A program made the translations under genes and the position numbers. Below, piece after piece: positions 1 to 10,881 of a DNA stretch of 64,000 nt. Origin of the DNA: Auanema rhodensis (Eukaryota > Animalia > Nematoda); NCBI GenBank assembly GCA_964057225.1, contig OZ059897.1:21204001-21268000 (forward strand), in the 5' to 3' direction. Below the pieces are notes generated by a model. The model saw only the letters and a list, made by a program, of their open reading frames with translations, ran no database searches and was not told where the DNA came from. Position 1 is the stretch's first letter, and every line of letters starts with the position of its first letter.

Positions 1-70
1 ACTATACTACATTGAGAAACGCTCAATACAAAAATTAGTTATGATCGTTTGAAAAATGATGCATTAGTGT

Positions 71-98
71 ATGTTGAGTTTCCATGTACACTCAACAT
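71..98. repeat. Inverted repeat in monomer: 9-bp arms, 10-nt spacer
   Basis: ATGTTGAGT (71-79) is the exact reverse complement of ACTCAACAT (90-98). Confidence 0.95.
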
Positions 99-111
99 TG
101 CTTCCAAAAAC

Positions 112-146
112 ATTTTGACAAAAATTTTTTCGAAAAATTTCGAAAT
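112..146. repeat. A/T-tract dyad centred on CG 131-132
   Basis: TTTTTCGAAAAA (126-137) is a perfect 12-bp palindrome and AAAAATTTTT (120-129) a 10-bp one. In consensus copies the flanks ATTTTGA (112-118) and TCAAAAT (140-146) are also complementary. Confidence 0.9.
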
Positions 147-260
147 ATTTTAGCAAAAAGTAGATGTTTTTAGATTCCATTTTTCAAGGCAAAGACGATA
201 GACAATGTTATTCAACGAAAAAATTAATTCTTCAGGGTGAAAATCGAGGATATAAGTGTG

Positions 261-274
261 AACTGATATCAGTT
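261..274. repeat. Perfect 14-bp palindrome AACTGATATCAGTT (265G allele only)
   Basis: Self-reverse-complementary and followed by a second GATATC at 275-280. Flanks CGAGGATAT (245-253) and ATATCTCG (276-283) pair with one bulge. Confidence 0.95.
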
Positions 275-351
275 GATATCTCGGTGCATTTTCAAGCTAG
301 CGCAAATCTGATAACACAGATCGACGCAGCTTAAAAATCCGCATCGAATGC

Positions 352-3300
352 ACTATACTACATTGAGAAACGCTTGATACAAAAATTAGTCATGATCGTT
401 TGAAAAATGATGCATTAGTGTATGTTGAGTTTCCATGTACACTCAACATTGCTTCCACAAACATTTTGACAAAAATTTTTTCGAAAAATTTCAGAATAAT
501 TTAGCAAAAAGTAGATGTTTTTAGATTCCTTTTTTCAAGGCAAAGACGATAGACAATGTTATTCAACGAAAAAATTAATTCTTCAGGGTGAAAATCGAGG
601 ATATAAGTGTGAACTTATATCAGTTGATATCTCGGTGCATTTTTAAGCTAGCGCAAATCTGATAACACAGATCGACGCAGCTTAAAAATCCGCATCGAAT
701 GCACTATACTACATTGAGAAACGCTTAATACAAAAATTAGTTATGATCGTTTGAAAAATGATGCATTAGTGTATGTTGAGTTTCCATGTACACTCAACAT
801 TGCTTCCACAAACATTTTGACAAAAATTTTTTCGAAAAATTTCAAAATAATTTAGCGAAAAGTAGATGTTTTTAGATTTCATTTTTCAAGGCAAAGACGA
901 TAGACAATGTTATTCAACGAAAAAATTAATTCTTCAGGGTGAAAATCGAGGATATAAGTGTGAACTGATATCAGTTGATATCTCGGTGCATTTTCAAGCT
1001 AGCGCAAATCTGATAACACAGATCGACGCAGCTTAAAAATCCGCATCAAATGCACTATACTACATTGAGAAACGCTTGATACAAAAATTAGTCATGATCG
1101 TTTGAAAAATGATGCATTAGTGTATGTTGAGTTTCCATGTACACTCAACATTGCTTCCAAAAACACTTTGACAAAAATTTTTTCGAAAAATTTCAGAATA
1201 ATTTAGCAAAAAGTAGATGTTTTTAGATTTCATTTTTCAAGGCAAAGACGATAGACAATGTTATTCAACGAAAAAATTAATTCTTCAGGGTGAAAATCGA
1301 GGATATAAGTGTGAACTGATATCAGTTGATATCTCGGTGCATTTTCAAGCTAGCGCAAATCTGATAACACAGATCGACGCAGCTTAAAAATCCGCATCGA
1401 ATGCACTATACTACATTGAGAAACGCTCAATACAAAAATTAGTTATGATCGTTTGAAAAATGATGCATTAGTGTATGTTGAGTTTCCATGTACACTCAAC
1501 ATTGCTTCCAAAAACATTTTGACAAAAATTTTTTCGAAAAATTTCAGAATAATTTAGCAAAAAGTAGATGTTTTTAGATTTCATTTTTCAAGGCAAAGAC
1601 GATAGACAATGTTATTCAACGAAAAAATTGATTCTTCAGGGTGAAAATCGAGGATATAAGTGTGAACTGATATCAGTTGATATCTCGGTGCATTTTCAAG
1701 CTAGCGCAAATCTGATAACACAGATCGACGCAGCTTAAAAATCCGCATCAAATGCACTATACTACATTGAGAAAAGCTTAATACAAAAATTAGTTATGAT
1801 CGTTTGAAAAATGATGCATTAGTGTATGTTGAGTTTCCATGTACACTCAACATTGCTTCCACAAACATTTTGACAAAAATTTTTTCGAAAAATTTCAAAA
1901 TAATTTTGCAAAAAGTAGATGTTTTTAGATTTCATTTTTCAAGGCAAAGACGATAGACAATGTTATTCAACGAAAAAATTAATTCTTCAGGGTGAAAATC
2001 GAGGATATAAGTGTGAACTGATATCAGTTGATATCTCGGTGCATTTTCAAGCTAGCGCAAATCTGATAACACAGATCGACGCAGCTTAAAAATCCGCATC
2101 AAATGCACTATACTACATTGAGAAACGCTTGATACAAAAATTAGTCATGATCGTTTGAAAAATGATGCATTAGTGTATGTTGAGTTTCCATGTACACTCA
2201 ACATTGCTTCCACAAACATTTTGACAAAAATTTTTTCGAAAAATTTCAAAATAATTTAGCAAAAAGTAGATGTTTTTAGATTCCTTTTTTCAAGGCAAAG
2301 ACGATAGACAATGTTATTCAACGAAAAAATTAATTCTTCAGGGTGAAAATCGAGGATATAAGTGTGAACTTATATCAGTTGATATCTCGGTGCATTTTTA
2401 AGCTAGCGCAAATCTGATAACACAGATCGACGCAGCTTAAAAATCCGCATCGAATGCACTATACTACATTGAGAAACGCTTGATACAAAAATTAGTCATG
2501 ATCGTTTGAAAAATGATGCATTAGTGTATGTTGAGTTTCCATGTACACTCAACATTGCTTCCACAAACATTTTGACAAAAATTTTTTCGAAAAATTTCAG
2601 AATAATTTAGCAAAAAGTAGATGTTTTTAGATTCCTTTTTTCAAGGCAAAGACGATAGACAATGTTATTCAACGAAAAAATTAATTCTTCAGGGTGAAAA
2701 TCGAGGATATAAGTGTGAACTTATATCAGTTGATATCTCGGTGCATTTTTAAGCTAGCGCAAATCTGATAACACAGATCGACGCAGCTTAAAAATCCGCA
2801 TCGAATGCACTATACTACATTGAGAAACGCTTAATACAAAAATTAGTTATGATCGTTTGAAAAATGATGCATTAGTGTATGTTGAGTTTCCATGTACACT
2901 CAACATTGCTTCCACAAACATTTTGACAAAAATTTTTTCGAAAAATTTCAAAATAATTTAGCGAAAAGTAGATGTTTTTAGATTTCATTTTTCAAGGCGA
3001 AGACGATAGACAATGTTATTCAACGAAAAAATTAATTCTTCAGGGTGAAAATCGAGGATATAAGTGTGAACTGATATCAGTTGATATCTCGGTGCATTTT
3101 CAAGCTAGCGCAAATCTGATAACACAGATCGACGCAGCTTAAAAATCCGCATCAAATGCACTATACTACATTGAGAAACGCTTGATACAAAAATTAGTCA
3201 TGATCGTTTGAAAAATGATGCATTAGTGTATGTTGAGTTTCCATGTACACTCAACATTGCTTCCAAAAACACTTTGACAAAAATTTTTTCGAAAAATTTC

Positions 3301-4563
3301 AGAATAATTTAGCAAAAAGTAGATGTTTTTAGATTTCATTTTTCAAGGCAAAGACGATAGACAATGTTATTCAACGAAAAAATTAATTCTTCAGGGTGAA
3401 AATCGAGGATATAAGTGTGAACTGATATCAGTTGATATCTCGGTGCATTTTCAAGCTAGCGCAAATCTGATAACACAGATCGACGCAGCTTAAAAATTCG
3501 CATCGAATGCACTATACTACATTGAGAAACGCTCAATACAAAAATTAGTTATGATCGTTTGAAAAATGATGCATTAGTGTATGTTGAGTTTCCATGTACA
3601 CTCAACATTGCTTCCAAAAACATTTTGACAAAAATTTTTTCGAAAAATTTCAGAATAATTTAGCAAAAAGTAGATGTTTTTAGATTTCATTTTTCAAGGC
3701 AAAGACGATAGACAATGTTATTCAACGAAAAAATTGATTCTTCAGGGTGAAAATCGAGGATATAAGTGTGAACTGATATCAGTTGATATCTCGGTGCATT
3801 TTCAAGCTAGCGCAAATCTGATAACACAGATCGACGCAGCTTAAAAATCCGCATCAAATGCACTATACTACATTGAGAAAAGCTTAATACAAAAATTAGT
3901 TATGATCGTTTGAAAAATGATGCATTAGTGTATGTTGAGTTTCCATGTACACTCAACATTGCTTCCACAAACATTTTGACAAAAATTTTTTCGAAAAATT
4001 TCAAAATAATTTTGCAAAAAGTAGATGTTTTTAGATTTCATTTTTCAAGGCAAAGACGATAGACAATGTTATTCAACGAAAAAATTAATTCTTCAGGGTG
4101 AAAATCGAGGATATAAGTGTGAACTGATATCAGTTGATATCTCGGTGCATTTTCAAGCTAGCGCAAATCTGATAACACAGATCGACGCAGCTTAAAAATC
4201 CGCATCAAATGCACTATACTACATTGAGAAACGCTTGATACAAAAATTAGTCATGATCGTTTGAAAAATGATGCATTAGTGTATGTTGAGTTTCCATGTA
4301 CACTCAACATTGCTTCCACAAACATTTTGACAAAAATTTTTTCGAAAAATTTCAAAATAATTTAGCAAAAAGTAGATGTTTTTAGATTCCTTTTTTCAAG
4401 GCAAAGACGATAGACAATGTTATTCAACGAAAAAATTAATTCTTCAGGGTGAAAATCGAGGATATAAGTGTGAACTTATATCAGTTGATATCTCGGTGCA
4501 TTTTTAAGCTAGCGCAAATCTGATAACACAGATCGACGCAGCTTAAAAATCCGCATCGAATGC
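352..4563. repeat. Higher-order repeat: 6 monomers (2106 bp) x2
   Basis: Rare markers are spaced exactly 2106 bp apart: GCGAAA at 857/2963 and AATTGATT at 1630/3736. AAACACTTTG and AAAAGCTT also recur in matching monomers. Confidence 0.92.
632..698. repeat. ~67-nt imperfect foldback (monomer 281-347), shown in copy 2
   Basis: ATTTTTAAGCT (639-649) / AGCTTAAAAAT (679-689) form a perfect 11-bp stem. Inner stems are GCG/CGC and ATCTG/CAGAT around the loop ATAACA. The outer stem is TCGGTGC/GCATCGA with one G-T pair. Confidence 0.9.
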
Positions 4564-7500
4564 ACTATACTACATTGAGAAACGCTTGATACAAAAATTA
4601 GTTATGATCGTTTGAAAAATGATGCATTAGTGTATGTTGAGTTTCCATGTACACTCAACATTGCTTCCAAAAACATTTTGACAAAAATTTTTTCGAAAAA
4701 TTTCAGAATAATTTAGCAAAAAGTAGATGTTTTTAGATTTCATTTTTCAAGGCAAAGACGATAGACAATGTTATTCAACGAAAAAATTAATTCTTCAGGG
4801 TGAAAATCGAGGATATAAGTGTGAACTTATATCAGTTGATATCTCGGTGCATTTTTAAGCTAGCGCAAATCTGATAACACAGATCGACGCAGCTTAAAAA
4901 TCCGCATCGAATGCACTATACTACATTGAGAAACGCTTGATACAAAAATTAGTCATGATCGTTTGAAAAATGATGCATTAGTGTATGTTGAGTTTCCATG
5001 TACACTCAACATTGCTTCCACAAACATTTTGACAAAAATTTTTTCGAAAAATTTCAAAATAATTTAGCAAAAAGTAGATGTTTTTAGATTCCTTTTTTCA
5101 AGGCAAAGACGATAGACAATGTTATTCAACGAAAAAATTAATTCTTCAGGGTGAAAATCGAGGATATAAGTGTGAACTTATATCAGTTGATATCTCGGTG
5201 CATTTTTAAGCTGGCGCAAATCTGATAACACAGATCGACGCAGCTTAAAAATCCGCATCGAATGCACTATACTACATTGAGAAACGCTTGATACAAAAAT
5301 TAGTTATGATCGTTTGAAAAATGATGCATTAGTGTACGTTGAGTTTCCATGTACACTCAATATTGCTTCCAAAAACATTTTGACAAAAATTTTTTCGAAA
5401 AATTTCAAAATAATTTAGCAAAAAGTAGATGTTTTTAGATTCCTTTTTTCAAAGCAAAGACGATAGACAATGTTATTCAACGAAAAAATTAATTCTTCAG
5501 GGTGAAAATCGAGGATATAAGTGTAAACTTATATCAGTTGATATCTCGGTGCATTTTTAAGCTAGCGCAAATCTGATAACACAGATCGACGCAGCTTAAA
5601 AATCCGCATCGAATGCACTATACTACATTGAGAAACGCTTGATACAAAAATTAGTCATGATCGTTTGAAAAATGATGCATTAGTGTATGTTGAGTTTCCA
5701 TGTACACTCAACATTGCTTCCACAAACATTTTGACAAAAATTTTTTCGAAAAATTTCAAAATAATTTAGCAAAAAGTAGATGTTTTTAGATTCCTTTTTT
5801 CAAGGCAAAGACGATAGACAATGTTATTCAACGAAAAAATTAATTCTTCAGGGTGAAAATCGAGGATATAAGTGTGAACTTATATCAGTTGATATCTCGG
5901 TGCATTTTTAAGCTGGCGCAAATCTGATAACACAGATCGACGCAGCTTAAAAATCCGCATCGAATGCACTATACTACATTGAGAAACGCTTGATACAAAA
6001 ATTAGTTATGATCGTTTGAAAAATGATGCATTAGTGTACGTTGAGTTTCCATGTACACTCAATATTGCTTCCAAAAACATTTTGACAAAAATTTTTTCGA
6101 AAAATTTCAAAATAATTTAGCAAAAAGTAGATGTTTTTAGATTCCTTTTTTCAAAGCAAAGACGATAGACAATGTTATTCAACGAAAAAATTAATTCTTC
6201 AGGGTGAAAATCGAGGATATAAGTGTAAACTTATATCAGTTGATATCTCGGTGCATTTTTAAGCTAGCGCAAATCTGATAACACAGATCGACGCAGCTTA
6301 AAAATCCGCATCGAATGCACTATACTAAATTGAGAAACGCTTGATACAAAAATTAGTTATGATCGTTTGAAAAATGATGCATTAGTGTATGTTGAGTTTC
6401 CATGTACACTCAACATTGCTTCCAAAAACATTTTGACAAAAATTTTTTCGAAAAATTTCAAAATAATTTAGCAAAAAGTAGATGTTTTTAGATTCCATTT
6501 TTCAAGGCAAAGACGATAGACAATGTTATTCAACGAAAAAATTAATTCTTCAGGGTGAAAATCGAGGATATAAGTGTGAACTTATATCAGTTGATATCTC
6601 GGTGCATTTTTAAGCTAGCGCAAATCTGATAACACAGATCGACGCAGCTTAAAAATCCGCATCGAATGCACTATACTACATTGAGAAACGCTTGATACAA
6701 AAATTAGTTATGATCGTTTGAAAAATGATGCATTAGTGTATGTTGAGTTTCCATGTACACTCAACATTGCTTCCAAAAACATTTTGACAAAAATTTTTTC
6801 GAAAAATTTCAGAATAATTTAGCAAAAAGTAGACGTTTTTAGATTTCATTTTTCAAGGCAAAGACGATAGACAATGTTATTCAACGAAAAAATTAATTCT
6901 TCAGGGTGAAAATCGAGGATATAAGTGTGAACTTATATCAGTTGATATCTCGGTGCATTTTTAAGCTAGCGCAAATCTGATAACACAGATCGACGCAGCT
7001 TAAAAATCCGCATCGAATGCACTATACTACATTGAGAAACGCTTGATACAAAAATTAGTCATGATCGTTTGAAAAATGATGCATTAGTGTATGTTGAGTT
7101 TCCATGTACACTCAACATTGCTTCCACAAACATTTTGACAAAAATTTTTTCGAAAAATTTCAAAATAATTTAGCAAAAAGTAGATGTTTTTAGATTCCTT
7201 TTTTCAAGGCAAAGACGATAGACAATGTTATTCAACGAAAAAATTAATTCTTCAGGGTGAAAATCGAGGATATAAGTGTGAACTTATATCAGTTGATATC
7301 TCGGTGCATTTTTAAGCTGGCGCAAATCTGATAACACAGATCGACGCAGCTTAAAAATCCGCATCGAATGCACTATACTACATTGAGAAACGCTTGATAC
7401 AAAAATTAGTTATGATCGTTTGAAAAATGATGCATTAGTGTACGTTGAGTTTCCATGTACACTCAATATTGCTTCCAAAAACATTTTGACAAAAATTTTT

Positions 7501-10500
7501 TCGAAAAATTTCAAAATAATTTAGCAAAAAGTAGATGTTTTTAGATTCCTTTTTTCAAAGCAAAGACGATAGACAATGTTATTCAACGAAAAAATTAATT
7601 CTTCAGGGTGAAAATCGAGGATATAAGTGTAAACTTATATCAGTTGATATCTCGGTGCATTTTTAAGCTAGCGCAAATCTGATAACACAGATCGACGCAG
7701 CTTAAAAATCCGCATCGAATGCACTATACTAAATTGAGAAACGCTTGATACAAAAATTAGTTATGATCGTTTGAAAAATGATGCATTAGTGTATGTTGAG
7801 TTTCCATGTACACTCAACATTGCTTCCAAAAACATTTTGACAAAAATTTTTTCGAAAAATTTCAAAATAATTTAGCAAAAAGTATATGTTTTTAGATTTC
7901 ATTTTTCAAGGCAAAGACGATAGACAATGTTATTCAACGAAAAAATTAATTCTTCAGGGTGAAAATCGAGGATATAAGTGTGAACTTATATCAGTTGATA
8001 TCTCGGTGCATTTTTAAGCTGGCGCAAATCTGATAACACAGATCGACGCAGCTTAAAAATCCGCATCGAATGCACTATACTACATTGAGAAACGCTTGAT
8101 ACAAAAATTAGTTATGATCGTTTGAAAAATGATGCATTAGTGTACGTTGAGTTTCCATGTACACTCAATATTGCTTCCAAAAACATTTTGACAAAAATTT
8201 TTTCGAAAAATTTCGAAATAATTTAGCAAAAAGTAGATGTTTTTAGATTCCTTTTTTCAAAGCAAAGACGATAGACAATGTTATTCAACGAAAAAATTAA
8301 TTCTTCAGGGTGAAAATCGAGGATATAAGTGTAAACTTATATCAGTTGATATCTCGGTGCATTTTTAAGCTAGCGCAAATCTGATAACACAGATCGACGC
8401 AGCTTAAAAATCCGCATCGAATGCACTATACTAAATTGAGAAACGCTTGATACAAAAATTAGTTATGATCGTTTGAAAAATGATGCATTAGTGTATGTTG
8501 AGTTTCCATGTACACTCAACATTGCTTCCAAAAACATTTTGACAAAAATTTTTTCGAAAACTTTCAAAATAATTTAGCAAAAAGTAGATGTTTTTAGATT
8601 CCATTTTTCAAGGCAAAGACGATAGACAATGTTATTCAACGAAAAAATTAATTCTTCAGGGTGAAAATCGAGGATATAAGTGTGAACTTATATCAGTTGA
8701 TATCTCGGTGCATTTTTAAGCTAGCGCAAATCTGATAACACAGATCGACGCAGCTTAAAAATCCGCATCAAATGCACTATACTACATTGAGAAAAGCTTA
8801 ATACAAAAATTAGTTATGATCGTTTGAAAAATGATGCATTAGTGTATGTTGAGTTTCCATGTACACTCAACATTGCTTCCACAAACATTTTGACAAAAAT
8901 TTTTTCGAAAAATTTCAAAATAATTTTGCAAAAAGTAGATGTTTTTAGATTTCATTTTTCAAGGCAAAGACGATAGACAATGTTATTCAACGAAAAAATT
9001 AATTCTTCAGGGTGAAAATCGAGGATATAAGTGTGAACTGATATCAGTTGATATCTCGGTGCATTTTCAAGCTAGCGCAAATCTGATAACACAGATCGAC
9101 GCAGCTTAAAAATCCGCATCAAATGCACTATACTACATTGAGAAACGCTTGATACAAAAATTAGTCATGATCGTTTGAAAAATGATGCATTAGTGTATGT
9201 TGAGTTTCCATGTACACTCAACATTGCTTCCACAAACATTTTGACAAAAATTTTTTCGAAAAATTTCAAAATAATTTAGCAAAAAGTAGATGTTTTTAGA
9301 TTCCTTTTTTCAAGGCAAAGACGATAGACAATGTTATTCAACGAAAAAATTAATTCTTCAGGGTGAAAATCGAGGATATAAGTGTGAACTTATATCAGTT
9401 GATATCTCGGTGCATTTTCAAGCTAGCGCAAATCTGATAACACAGATCGACGCAGCTTAAAAATCCGCATCAAATGCACTATACTACATTGAGAAACGCT
9501 TGATACAAAAATTAGTCATGATCGTTTGAAAAATGATGCATTAGTGTATGTTGAGTTTCCATGTACACTCAACATTGCTTCCACAAACATTTTGACAAAA
9601 ATTTTTTCGAAAAATTTCAAAATAATTTAGCAAAAAGTAGATGTTTTTAGATTCCTTTTTTCAAGGCAAAGACGATAGACAATGTTATTCAACGAAAAAA
9701 TTAATTCTTCAGGGTGAAAATCGAGGATATAAGTGTGAACTTATATCAGTTGATATCTCGGTGCATTTTCAAGCTAGCGCAAATCTGATAACACAGATCG
9801 ACGCAGCTTAAAAATCCGCATCGAATGCACTATACTACATTGAGAAACGCTTAATACAAAAATTAGTTATGATCGTTTGAAAAATGATGCATTAGTGTAT
9901 GTTGAGTTTCCATGTACACTCAACATTGCTTCCACAAACATTTTGACAAAAATTTTTTCGAAAAATTTCAAAATAATTTTGCAAAAAGTAGATGTTTTTA
10001 GATTTCATTTTTCAAGGCAAAGACGATAGACAATGTTATTCAACGAAAAAATTAATTCTTCAGGGTGAAAATCGAGGATATAAGTGTGAACTGATATCAG
10101 TTGATATCTCGGTGCATTTTCAAGCTAGCGCAAATCTGATAACACAGATCGACGCAGCTTAAAAATCCGCATCAAATGCACTATACTATATTGAGAAACG
10201 CTTGATACAAAAATTAGTCATGATCGTTTGAAAAATGATGCATTAGTGTATGTTGAGTTTCCATGTACACTCAACATTGCTTCCACAAACATTTTGACAA
10301 AAATTTTTTCGAAAAATTTCAAAATAATTTAGCAAAAAGTAGATGTTTTTAGATTCCTTTTTTCAAGGCAAAGACGATAGACAATGTTATTCAACGAAAA
10401 AATTAATTCTTCAGGGTGAAAATCGAGGATATAAGTGTGAACTTATATCAGTTGATATCTCGGTGCATTTTCAAGCTAGCGCAAATCTGATAACACAGAT

Positions 10501-10881
10501 CGACGCATCTTAAAAATCCGCATCAAATGCACTATACTACATTGAGAAACGCTTGATACAAAAATTAGTCATGATCGTTTGAAAAATGATGCATTAGTGT
10601 ATGTTGAGTTTCCATGTACACTCAACATTGCTTCCACAAACATTTTGACAAAAATTTTTTCGAAAAATTTCAAAATAATTTAGCAAAAAGTAGATGTTTT
10701 TAGATTCCTTTTTTCAAGGCAAAGACGATAGACAATGTTATTCAACGAAAAAATTAATTCTTCAGGGTGAAAATCGAGGATATAAGTGTGAACTTATATC
10801 AGTTGATATCTCGGTGCATTTTTAAGCTGGCGCAAATCTGATAACACAGATCGACGCAGCTTAAAAATCCGCATCGAATGC

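Larger units (their letters stand above)
1..351. repeat. Representative 351-bp monomer (arbitrary phase)
   Basis: First full unit. Hand count gives 55 C + 58 G = 32% GC, with many A/T tracts of 4-6 nt. Confidence 0.98.

Noticed and set aside
84-173. Short ORF ATG TAC ACT ... TTT TAG (29 codons) in each monomer
   Set aside because: Length expected by chance, low complexity, no recognisable product.
204-220. CENP-B box-like motif on minus strand (TTTCGTTGAATAACATT)
   Set aside because: Matches the first 8 nt and A10 of YTTCGTTGGAARCGGGA but lacks the essential CGGG, so it is not supportable as a functional box.
248-260. TATA-like GGATATAAG as a promoter
   Set aside because: Weak match in 68% AT DNA with no downstream gene.
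1-351. Tandem 5S rRNA, tRNA, snRNA or spliced-leader gene unit
   Set aside because: No recognisable 5S, tRNA cloverleaf, Pol III A/B box or SL sequence. An Rfam/Infernal scan would be the formal test.
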